A DNA stretch of 16,659 nucleotides from Microcoleaceae cyanobacterium (GTDB lineage Bacteria; Cyanobacteriota; Cyanobacteriia; Cyanobacteriales; Microcoleaceae). Below, piece by piece: positions 8,137 through 16,659 of the stretch (position 1 is the first letter of the stretch; every line of letters starts with the position of its first letter). The notes below the pieces were generated by a model. It ran no database searches, was not told the DNA's origin, and was given only the letters and a program-made list of their open reading frames with translations. The stretch covers positions 1 to 16,659 of the forward strand of contig JBOFUV010000012.1 in the NCBI GenBank assembly GCA_051652765.1, in the 5' to 3' direction. The position numbers and the translations under genes were made by a program.

Positions 8137-8728
8137 TCTTGGGTTGGTCAGACTTGAATCGGACTTTAAAAGGATAAGGATACTGATAACGAATAAGAAT
8201 AACGGCTGCTGAGTTGAGATGTATGATCAGCAAGATAAACCTTTAATCTATGCCCCTAGGATTGATGATATAAGTGCTTAATCCACAGTCTAGATCACTA
8301 CGCCAATTTTATACTGAGTTCTGACTGACTATAGTCTGACTGACTACACTAGGGATAAAAACTCCTTAACTTTACCTCTAGATATTAATTGATGCTGGCC
8401 TTAAAAAACTTTTTCCTCTTACCACACAATATTTCTGACTGAACTTGTACATCACTGATGCAACCCCTAGAGAGAGCCAACGAAACTGGCTCAACCTTGA
8501 GAAAACCAACAATCAAGAACAGATGCAAAAAAATTGAATTGCTTTAAATTCTTATATCAGGAAAATTAACATTGGCTTCATAAAAGAAAAAGCACTTGTA
8601 ATAATTCGTAACACGAGCATTATAAGGTTACTCATGAACATTTTGTCATGAGTTTTTAAACTCAATTTTTAGAAATCAGTATACCGCTATACTCTCAGCA
8701 AAGAAATGCTTACAACCCCTAAAAACAT

Positions 8729-10453
8729 TTAGCCTAACCGCTTAATTTTTGCCTTTAATTTTGCCTGATCCTCCTCTGTTTTTTGCACTTCTTCTTTGCG
8801 AGTTGCATAGGCAGGAAAAGGAAAGCGGATCAAAAGTGGGGCGGGAACTTCCGGTTGCTGAATAAATAATGACCCTGACTTCAAAAACAACACCCGATCT
8901 TTAGCAGAAGCGGTTAAAAAGTTATATTCAGGTCTTGTGGCCTCCGCCGAATCTAACCGACCCACAACTCGTACTGCCGCCTGTCCAACTACCCGCCGTT
9001 CTACCTCGGAAGCAGTTTGTTGTGCGCCAATCAAAATAATGCCTAACGACCGACCCCGTTCAGCAATATCGGTTAACAAGGATTTGATCGGGCTGCGGCC
9101 TTCGCGAGGGGCGTACTTATTCAACTCATCTAGGGTAACCATCACAATCGGTTCTCGGCCTTGACGTTCCTTTTGGGTGAACAGCCGTTGCAAAATTGTC
9201 CCCACCACAAACTTCTGGGCCCGTTCTCCAAGCCGATGAATGTCTGCCACAATGATCTGGGCTGACTCCGTCAAGGGATCAAGTCGAAAGGTCGCAATTT
9301 CGTCCGGGGCTAAATCCCCTCGAATCAAATGTTCTACTTCGGCCCGAATCCCAAACAACCGCCGAATCAGGGCATTAGCTGTTGCTGGAGCGTTTTTACT
9401 CAGCCATCGGGGTTCCTCTTCTGTGATTAATTTATCTTCCAGGAACCGAATCAGATCGCTGAAACTTTCAATAAATTCTTTGCGATCTTCCCCGTAGGAA
9501 TCAACGTGTAAACCCGACAGGGGTTGACCCAATTTTTTGTCATCTCGGTCGTTTTCCTCTGCTAGTTGAGCCAATCGTTCTTCCACATTGGAGATTAAAT
9601 AGGGCAAATTCCCGCGTTCTAAATCTTCCCCGGTGAACAGGAAACTAAATAGGCGATCGCGACACACCTCTCGAATACTCCAGAGATAGGGCGTTACCCC
9701 TTCAGCCCGCTGATCTAGATTCACTTCGATCTGGGGCACACCGGGTTTTGGGGTCGCTCGAAAGCTGACATTCTGAAACGGAATTGCTGGAAGATTGAGT
9801 TTTTGATAGGTTGAGGAAACGTCTGAGGCTTTTTTATTCAGTTGATCAATGAAGAATAAATCTTCCCCTTTAACATTGAAGATCAGGGCTTTTGTATTGG
9901 CCTTGGCCGTGCCCAGAGTCTTGGAATTGAATATGGAATGGAGCAAAAACAGCATATAAGAGGTCTTCGTTGCCACCCCAGACAAACCGGAAATATTGAT
10001 GTGTGCGCCTTTTTCCCCGTTGATGAAAGAGAAATTAACCGATGCCGGAGAGCCATTGGTCATCAGCCCCGCCGGAATCGGTTTGTCCATGCTGTCAAAG
10101 TACAATGCCTGTTCCAATTGACTACCCAACGCCAGTTCCACCGGAGTTCCGGGAAAGGGCGGTAACAACTCCTCCTCCGGTTCAATCCGGGTCACCCGCA
10201 CATGGGCCGTGTAAGACGTGTTGATCGGCAATTGGCCCTGCTGGGCCAAGAACGTATCGCTGTCGAACTGGGCTCCTTCATATTGGGTTTGTACCCGATC
10301 GACAATGCCGTAGAATTCAATTCTGGCTCCGGTGTCCGGTCGTTGAGTCACAACCTTGACAACATCGTCTAATCGCAGGGTTTGGCCCGCATCGACCGCC
10401 ACCCAAAATTCTAACGGGGTTGCCGGTTGGGTTCCCAGAATATAACCAATCAC
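8729..10453 (-). CDS. herA: HerA-like ATPase/DNA translocase (HAS barrel + FtsK/HerA ATPase), bacterial type
   Basis: N-terminal beta-barrel, variant Walker A HINISGLSGVATKTS, Walker B VTLDELNKYAP, ERGRSLGIILIGAQQ; GTGA overlap with nurA. Confidence 0.85.
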   Translation of the reverse strand: MIGYILGTQPATPLEFWVAVDAGQTLRLDDVVKVVTQRPDTGARIEFYGIVDRVQTQYEGAQFDSDTFLAQQGQLPINTSYTAHVRVTRIEPEEELLPPFPGTPVELALGSQLEQALYFDSMDKPIPAGLMTNGSPASVNFSFINGEKGAHINISGLSGVATKTSYMLFLLHSIFNSKTLGTAKANTKALIFNVKGEDLFFIDQLNKKASDVSSTYQKLNLPAIPFQNVSFRATPKPGVPQIEVNLDQRAEGVTPYLWSIREVCRDRLFSFLFTGEDLERGNLPYLISNVEERLAQLAEENDRDDKKLGQPLSGLHVDSYGEDRKEFIESFSDLIRFLEDKLITEEEPRWLSKNAPATANALIRRLFGIRAEVEHLIRGDLAPDEIATFRLDPLTESAQIIVADIHRLGERAQKFVVGTILQRLFTQKERQGREPIVMVTLDELNKYAPREGRSPIKSLLTDIAERGRSLGIILIGAQQTASEVERRVVGQAAVRVVGRLDSAEATRPEYNFLTASAKDRVLFLKSGSLFIQQPEVPAPLLIRFPFPAYATRKEEVQKTEEDQAKLKAKIKRLG

Positions 10454-11478
10454 ACCAAAACTCCTTCATGCAACAAAAAATTCTGCAACCGCCGAGAAAC
10501 CAAGGTTTGATTCCCCATGAACCGAGCCAATTCCCGTTCCAAGGCTCCTACCGGAGTTAGGTTCTGAGGGGCGCGGGGGTCACGACTGGGAATTGAAGCA
10601 TACTCTGGAATTAACACGCACATTTGGTTGGCAATTTCTATGGCTTGATCCAGTCCAACATTACCGTATAGATCCAACCGAACGATACCATGCAACCCGT
10701 GATACCCCAGAGCTTGAGGGTTCAAACTGGCTTTCCCCGAGCGGAGATACCAACTCCAACGACGTTTGGGACTACCAGACTCCCCGAGGGCAAAAATCGG
10801 GGTGCGTTCCCCAGACTGGAGTTGCCAGAGAATTTCGGCCTTGTCCCCTTGCAAATACGCTCGCCCCATGGTCTTCACATACCCAACCGCCAGATCGGGA
10901 GAACGGTAAGGCTGATACAACAAAGGGCCATCCCGGATCACCATTAAATTTGGTTCTTCTGCGAACTGACTGGCATAGCGACTTTCCTCGGTCAGCATTG
11001 CCTCCTGAATCAGATTCAGAGGGGTTTGGGGATCGTTAGCAGGATCAGTGAGGGTCAAGTCGTAACACAATTCTCCCAAACCCCCTGAAGGAGCAGCAAT
11101 TTGGGCTTTTGGCGGCAAGCAGTTTCCCCCGGTCGCAATCACCCGCCGGACAATGGGCTCCAAACATATTGCTTGATTCTGTACCCGATCGACCAGAACG
11201 CCGCCAACCGCAACCGTTCCAAAAGCGCCCATAATCAGATTATTGCCACTCCGTCCCATAAACCGAGCATCCAAACGCCGCCGACCATCGATAAACAATA
11301 ATCGGTCAGGAAGAGCGATCGGGTTCGGGGCAGAACAGGGTTCCCAGGCCGCCTGTTCGACCTCTAGTTCAATGGCAACATCAGACTGGGTTTCACCGAC
11401 TGAAAATCGAACTGGGGTATCATAGTCGATTCCCCAGGGTTCTAAGCGAATATCATAATTTTTCCAGAAGCTATCCAA
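10450..11478 (-). CDS. nurA: NurA-like nuclease (RNase H fold)
   Basis: FIDGRRR and IRDGPL acidic motifs, GYVKT, GERTP.F, SWYLR, DPRAPQNL.P..ALER; coupled to herA. TTG start is uncertain. Confidence 0.82.
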   Translation of the reverse strand: MDSFWKNYDIRLEPWGIDYDTPVRFSVGETQSDVAIELEVEQAAWEPCSAPNPIALPDRLLFIDGRRRLDARFMGRSGNNLIMGAFGTVAVGGVLVDRVQNQAICLEPIVRRVIATGGNCLPPKAQIAAPSGGLGELCYDLTLTDPANDPQTPLNLIQEAMLTEESRYASQFAEEPNLMVIRDGPLLYQPYRSPDLAVGYVKTMGRAYLQGDKAEILWQLQSGERTPIFALGESGSPKRRWSWYLRSGKASLNPQALGYHGLHGIVRLDLYGNVGLDQAIEIANQMCVLIPEYASIPSRDPRAPQNLTPVGALERELARFMGNQTLVSRRLQNFLLHEGVLV

Positions 11479-11547
11479 TTTGCCTGAAGTTGAGTTTGGA
11501 CTAGCTAGATTTTAACGTCAACAGGAAAAACAATGACTCACACTTCA

Positions 11548-11609
11548 AAATACTTTTCAAATACTTTTCAAATACTTTTAAAGTATTTGGAAAAATACCT
11601 TAAAAATAC
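11548..11609. repeat. 11-bp-period AAATAC repeats with an embedded palindrome upstream of nurA
   Basis: AAATAC at 11548, 11559, 11570, 11593 and 11604; palindrome CAAATACTTT-T-AAAGTATTTG at 11569-11589. Confidence 0.75.
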
Positions 11610-11723
11610 TCAAACATAACTTAACAATTTCTTAAGGTTTCTAAATGGCTAACCTAATGTTTCTGAACACCTCTCTGTATAGATCGAGTAAAAATATAGA
11701 AAGGCAGTGTTAGCACTAGACCC

Positions 11724-11906
11724 CTAGTTGAAGTGGGCGATGCAAGATCCCATCAAAAAATAAACTAGCATCATCGCTGCAGCAGAAACGGCCACTAGAA
11801 TTCCCGCCAACATAAAGGAGAATTCGCGATACTTAACGGCCTGTTGCATCAAGTGCAATGACCAAGCTACGAGAGCTATATCAATAATGAGAACCGAGAT
11901 CAGCAT
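11724..11906 (-). CDS. Small two-helix membrane protein, hypothetical
   Basis: 60 aa, two hydrophobic stretches, ATG start, GAGGAG upstream. Confidence 0.7.
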   Translation of the reverse strand: MLISVLIIDIALVAWSLHLMQQAVKYREFSFMLAGILVAVSAAAMMLVYFLMGSCIAHFN

Positions 11907-11990
11907 GAGTTACGTTTCGTAACATCTCCTCTATTCTAGCAAGGATTTCATTAACTTTCTTAATCGTAATCCTGACTTTAGAGTTTGAGT

Positions 11991-12770
11991 TTAGTTCTCG
12001 TAAGGATGACGAACGAGGACTTGATGCTGTGTTAAGTAATTTTTAATCTCTGAGACACTCAGTTGACCATAGTGCAATAGTGAAGCTAGGAGTGCAGCTT
12101 CGGCTTTTCCCTGGGTCAGGGCTTCGTAGATGTGAGCACAGTTGCCTGCTCCTCCAGAAGCGATGACTGGAATCTCAACAGCTTCAGCAATCTTCCGGGT
12201 TAACTCCAAGTTATATCCTGCCTGGGTGCCATCGGCATCCATACTTGTCACCAGCAGCTCTCCAGCTCCCCGCTCAGCAACCTCAACAGCCCAAGCGATC
12301 GCATCTTTTGCCGTATTCTCTCGCCCGCCCCGAACGTAAACATCCCAACCTGGATTGTTAGAATCTAGACGGCAACGGGCATCGATCGCAACCACAATGC
12401 ACTGAGCCCCGAAGTGATCGCTGGCTTGATTGACAAACCCCGGATTCCGAACGGCAGCGGAATTAATGCTGACTTTATCGGCCCCGGCCCTTAACAAACT
12501 TTTAATAGTTTCTAAGGTTTGGATGCCACCCCCAACGGTTAAGGGAATAAAAACCTGTTCAGCAGTGCGATACACCACATCAATCATGATGTTTCGATCC
12601 TCGTGAGTGGCGGTAATATCCAGAAATACCAACTCGTCTGCCCCAGCGTCGTTATAAATCGTGGCGAGTTCAACGGGATCGCCTGCATCCTTGAGATCAA
12701 CAAAGTTAATGCCTTTGACAACGCGACCCGCTTTTACATCCAAACACGGCAAGATTCGTTTAGCCAACAT
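11991..12770 (-). CDS. hisF: Imidazole glycerol phosphate synthase cyclase subunit
   Basis: [45 protein letters not shown]. Confidence 0.97.
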   Translation of the reverse strand: MLAKRILPCLDVKAGRVVKGINFVDLKDAGDPVELATIYNDAGADELVFLDITATHEDRNIMIDVVYRTAEQVFIPLTVGGGIQTLETIKSLLRAGADKVSINSAAVRNPGFVNQASDHFGAQCIVVAIDARCRLDSNNPGWDVYVRGGRENTAKDAIAWAVEVAERGAGELLVTSMDADGTQAGYNLELTRKIAEAVEIPVIASGGAGNCAHIYEALTQGKAEAALLASLLHYGQLSVSEIKNYLTQHQVLVRHPYEN

Positions 12771-12780
12771 ATCTAAAATT

Positions 12781-12837
12781 TGTTCTGAGGATTCTGTTCT
12801 AAGGAGTCTGTTCTAAGGATTGTTCTAAAGATTCTGT
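12781..12837. repeat. Short tandem repeat, about 4 x 14 bp (TGTTCTAAGGATTC)
   Basis: Units start at 12781, 12795, 12809 (12 bp) and 12821. Confidence 0.8.
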
Positions 12838-12848
12838 AAGCCTGAACC

Positions 12849-13346
12849 TTAAGTTTGCCACTTTTTGATTACATGCTCAGCCGCTGCCTCCAAAGACTGG
12901 CCCATCTGTTGCTTTGTCCGCCATCGTCTTAAGGCGTTCTGGTAGGCAGCCCCTTCCGTTTGGTAAGTTTGCCAAGCCCGTAAACTGAGAAACAACCCCC
13001 AAAACAACAAAATCGAGAGGGCGGAGGCTAAGCCATGGGTCGTCACAAGGTTCAGGAGCAGGAGAAATGTGCCAAAAATACCGTATTTCGCCAAGCTCTG
13101 CTTAAGTTTGTGACGACGATCCGTATTAAAAATCTCTCTTTCCTGGAGTTCTTGCTTACGAACTTTCCACTCTTGTTCAGCAATCTCTATGTCTTGAGGT
13201 GAAAGACCAAGCTCTATGGCAATTTCCATCAGTTGAACGCGGCTGAGTTCTTCCTCTCCCTCCCGTTTGGCAAAGGCAATTTGTAGAATTTCTTGAACAT
13301 CTTCCTGAATATAAGATTGAGTGATAGCAGATTCTGGAGTTTCCAT
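12849..13346 (-). CDS. 2TM domain-containing protein (cyanobacterial conserved)
   Basis: Y.QEDVQEILQIA, LSR.QL.EIA.ELG, two hydrophobic helices ending in WGL. In-frame ATG 13346 preferred over TTG 13370. Confidence 0.8.
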   Translation of the reverse strand: METPESAITQSYIQEDVQEILQIAFAKREGEEELSRVQLMEIAIELGLSPQDIEIAEQEWKVRKQELQEREIFNTDRRHKLKQSLAKYGIFGTFLLLLNLVTTHGLASALSILLFWGLFLSLRAWQTYQTEGAAYQNALRRWRTKQQMGQSLEAAAEHVIKKWQT

Positions 13347-13392
13347 AGAAGGTTTCAAGAATTTTTCCAAAAATATTTTTCTTTCATTTTAA

Positions 13393-13645
13393 TCATATTA
13401 TTTCAATAGTATTCCACTGCCCCTCACAGACAGGTTCCCTTCCCGTGTTGCAATCCCAAAGGCAAATGGTGTTGTCATCGCCACTGCTAGCTAAGGTTTG
13501 ACCATCGGGACTAAAGGCAACAGAACGCACCGAGTTGAACCTGTGCAAATGGCGAGTGCTATTTGCCCGTTTTGACTTTCTACAGCCTCACATTACAGTC
13601 CGTGCCGCAGAGACCAAGGGTTGACCACTGGGCTAAAGTTTGCAG
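13393..13645 (-). pseudogene. WD40-repeat gene relic
   Basis: From 13536: [34 protein letters not shown]. The preceding repeat is broken: NFSP / GQPLVSA / [14 protein letters not shown], with frameshifts and stops. Confidence 0.8.
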
Positions 13646-13867
13646 TTTGCAGACAAGGTGAGTATCTTTACTGGCAGCTTGGTTGAAGTCTCTGTTTTTA
13701 AGTCTCTGTTTTAACCATTTAAATCCAAAACTCATTAGCTTCTGTACTAATTACAGAATAAGAAACGCAAGGCGCAATTCTTACTCTTGTAGGCTCAATG
13801 GTTTGTTCTCCAACGCGGAATGTTGACGGGGAGATTCTCTCTCCCCTTTTATTTGGAGTTTTCAATT

Positions 13868-14053
13868 ATGCATAGACCAGCTCAAAATTCAATGGATTGG
13901 GTTGATTATTTGATTGCTACAATTGTGTTTGGCCTGCCTATTATTGTGATTCTTTGGTCTATTTTCCCACTCCATTTACTGATTGATCAATTCAAAGATT
14001 CTAAACCAATCTCTGCCACCCATCAAGTCAAAGCTATGCGGCTACTCCGCTAG
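13868..14053 (+). CDS. Small single-TM hypothetical protein
   Basis: ATG 13868; hydrophobic stretch LIATIVFGLPIIVILWSIFPL; GGAG upstream; co-oriented with the next gene. Confidence 0.5.
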   Translation: MHRPAQNSMDWVDYLIATIVFGLPIIVILWSIFPLHLLIDQFKDSKPISATHQVKAMRLLR

Positions 14054-14089
14054 TTTATCAACTGAGTTTAATGACTAAATTTATAAATT

Positions 14090-14683
14090 ATGCTGAATCT
14101 AACAAAAGGTGCATCTGACAATCGGGATTTTTGCAATTTCTACACTAAAGTAACTGAGGGCTCAAACAAGATAAACCCGCTCAAAGCAGGTGATTTTATT
14201 CCTCAATTCACCCTGACCAACTTGCAAGGACAACAGATTAATATTCAAACTCTCTTGGCCCAGAGTTCTTTACTGCTCTTATTTGATCGAGGTCAATGGT
14301 GTCCCTATGACAGCTTAGAATTATGGAAATTACAGCGGTCACTCCCTAAAGTTCTGGCTGCAGATGTGAAACCTGCAATCATTTCTTCTAAGCCTTCCAA
14401 GCACTTAGTAAAAGTTTTAAACCAGCAATCTTTGAATTTTGAAGTTTTAGTTGATCAAGATCTAAAAGTAGCACGAAAATTTGGCTTGGTACAGCAGTTT
14501 TTGCTGCTCTCTAATTCCACTTATAAACATTTTGAGTCTCGAGGTTTTAAAGCTCAGAGTTTGTCCCAATCTAACAATCATTTTGAACGCATAGTTCATG
14601 CCGTTTATGAGGTTAATTCAGATGGAAAAGTTAGTTATGATTGTATTGATTTGACCTACAGAAATACCCTGAATAATGTTTGA
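14090..14683 (+). CDS. AhpC/TSA peroxiredoxin-like (thioredoxin-fold) protein, divergent
   Basis: LKAGDFIPQFTL.N..G, F.RG.WCPY, FEVLVD.DLKVARKFGL; the expected CxxC reads CPYD. Confidence 0.8.
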   Translation: MLNLTKGASDNRDFCNFYTKVTEGSNKINPLKAGDFIPQFTLTNLQGQQINIQTLLAQSSLLLLFDRGQWCPYDSLELWKLQRSLPKVLAADVKPAIISSKPSKHLVKVLNQQSLNFEVLVDQDLKVARKFGLVQQFLLLSNSTYKHFESRGFKAQSLSQSNNHFERIVHAVYEVNSDGKVSYDCIDLTYRNTLNNV

Positions 14684-14860
14684 AATTCTCAACTACTCAT
14701 CCAATCCTCAGCAGTTTCCAATTAAACCATCAGTTAGTTCTCAGCCACAATTCAGGGTTGCGTAGCTTAAATAGGTTGATTGCAATTTTTGCATTCTCTT
14801 GCATGGCACTCTGCATCTTTGTTTGCGGCAATCAACCTATTCACTCAGGACAACTCAACT

Positions 14861-16081
14861 ATGGCAACTCAACAAGTCACGATTAGCGTCGAGAACCTTG
14901 CGCCTGCGAATGGAACACTGGTAACTCCCGTTTGGTTTGGTTTCCATGACGGCAACTTTGATACCTATGATCGGGGACGACCTGCATCTCCTGGTTTGGA
15001 AAGCGTGGCGGAAGATGGAGCAACCGCTCTAATTTCTCAAGAGTTTGACTTGTCTGGGTTCGGTTCAGTTCAGGGGACTATCCTCGGAACTGCGGGCACT
15101 CCCGGCCCCATTGATGCCGGGGAAGTGGCTACGTTTATGGTTGAACTGGATTTGAGTGACCCCCAGAGCCAGTATTTCAACTACGCAGCGATGCTCATTC
15201 CCAGCAACGATTTTTTCATTGCCAATGGCAACGAAAAGGCGTTTGAAATTGTGGATGAGAATGGGAACTTTATCGGAGTTGAATTCATTGTTGCAGGCAG
15301 CAATGTTTTAGATGCAGGAACAGAAGTGAATGATGAAGTTCCGGCAAACACCGCATTTTTTGGTCAACAAACCCCGAACACGGGAGTAGATGAAAATGGT
15401 GTGGTTCAGTTAGCCAATGGGTTCATTCCCGAGGGTGATATTTTGAATGATCCTCGCTTTGTCAACGCCGATTTTACAGCCCCAGACTATCAAGTCGCTC
15501 GGATTCGAGTGTTTATTGCAGATGATCGGAGTGGCAACGATGAAGTTGTCGGAACAGATGAGAATGAAACCTTGCAAGGAGGCGATGGCAACGATACGGT
15601 TGCAGGGGGTTTAGGAAATGACCTGGTCGAAGGCAATGATGGAAATGATCTCCTGCGCGGTGATGAAAACCTGCGTTCCTCCAGTCCAAATGGTGGAAAT
15701 GATACATTGTTTGGCGGCGCAGGTAATGATAGCCTTGGCGGCAAAGGTGGAAACGATCAACTTTTTGGCGAAGAGGGTAACGATCAACTCTTTGGTGATG
15801 CGGGAGACGACTTGATAGATGGAGGTTTAGGAATTGATCGTCTGTTTGGCGGAGAAGGCGCTGACCAGTTTGTTCTTGCGGTTGGTGCGGGCCGGGATTC
15901 CGTTCGAGATTTTGTTGTAACTGAAGATGTCTTTCTATTGTCAGAAGGCTTAGCTTTTGAACAACTCGAACTTTCTCAGGGTGGAAATAACGTTTTGATT
16001 CAGTTTGCGGAGACGAATGAACTCTTAGCTGTTGTTAGTAACCTACAAGTTAGTGACCTAACGGCTGCTAATTTCGTTTAG
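14861..16081 (+). CDS. Spondin_N-like domain protein with RTX (hemolysin-type) Ca-binding repeats
   Basis: ENLAP, TPVW.GFHDG.FD, AEDG, PSNDFF, DAGTEVNDE; multiple GGxGNDxL nonapeptides; AGGA RBS before ATG 14861. Confidence 0.85.
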   Translation: MATQQVTISVENLAPANGTLVTPVWFGFHDGNFDTYDRGRPASPGLESVAEDGATALISQEFDLSGFGSVQGTILGTAGTPGPIDAGEVATFMVELDLSDPQSQYFNYAAMLIPSNDFFIANGNEKAFEIVDENGNFIGVEFIVAGSNVLDAGTEVNDEVPANTAFFGQQTPNTGVDENGVVQLANGFIPEGDILNDPRFVNADFTAPDYQVARIRVFIADDRSGNDEVVGTDENETLQGGDGNDTVAGGLGNDLVEGNDGNDLLRGDENLRSSSPNGGNDTLFGGAGNDSLGGKGGNDQLFGEEGNDQLFGDAGDDLIDGGLGIDRLFGGEGADQFVLAVGAGRDSVRDFVVTEDVFLLSEGLAFEQLELSQGGNNVLIQFAETNELLAVVSNLQVSDLTAANFV

Positions 16082-16173
16082 CATCAACTGACTCTTTTGT
16101 AGGTCAAGCATCCTACCTGACTTAGACAACCGGGATGGCCATCCCCCAAAATTCAATCTGTATTAAACTCACT

Positions 16174-16203
16174 AAAAAAAAGCCTCTGCTATTTAGCAGA
16201 GGC
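16174..16203 (-). terminator. Rho-independent terminator of psbD
   Basis: GCCTCTGCT-N4-AGCAGAGGC stem with T8 on the minus strand. Confidence 0.85.
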
Positions 16204-16255
16204 AATAAAAGACACAATCAAAAAGACACGATCAAAAAGACCAGTTCAAATTTCC

Positions 16256-16659
<404 letters not shown>

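Noticed and set aside
10593..11039. 148-aa plus-strand ORF and other ORFs nested in long genes
   Set aside because: Antisense or alternate-frame shadows of well-supported genes.
11620..11657. Pho-box-like CTTAAC repeats
   Set aside because: Only two loose matches at 11-bp spacing in AT-rich DNA; too weak to call.
13686..13713. 14-bp tandem duplication AAGTCTCTGTTTT(T/A)
   Set aside because: Only two copies; most simply explained by replication slippage.
14680..14886. 68-aa ORF and the TTG 14780 extension of the spondin gene
   Set aside because: TTG starts without RBS; ATG 14861 has an AGGA RBS and begins right at the domain.

Overview
Cyanobacterial chromosomal window (psbD, ycf46/ycf35, DUF1816, at least 7 HIP1 GCGATCGC sites). 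Most of it is ordinary: a slr0373/ycf46/ycf35-type operon, a fused double-ATPase peptide ABC subunit, frmA, a nurA-herA pair, hisF, a 2TM protein, a WD40 relic, a peroxiredoxin-like gene, a spondin/RTX protein and the 3' end of a stand-alone psbD. The unusual part is the left end (1-1533, minus strand): a tandem array of at least three MNT(-HEPN) toxin-antitoxin cassettes. Each cassette begins with the same ~130-bp coding leader (MTPEPTNDPYNPHLLSQLRTELVWEGKYDEYG...) fused in frame to a much more divergent MNT body. From memory, this leader resembles the N-terminus of Mod-like site-specific DNA methyltransferases; I could not check this by search. One cassette keeps only a scar of its HEPN toxin, the cassettes are joined by ATGA overlaps, and the array runs off the window edge.
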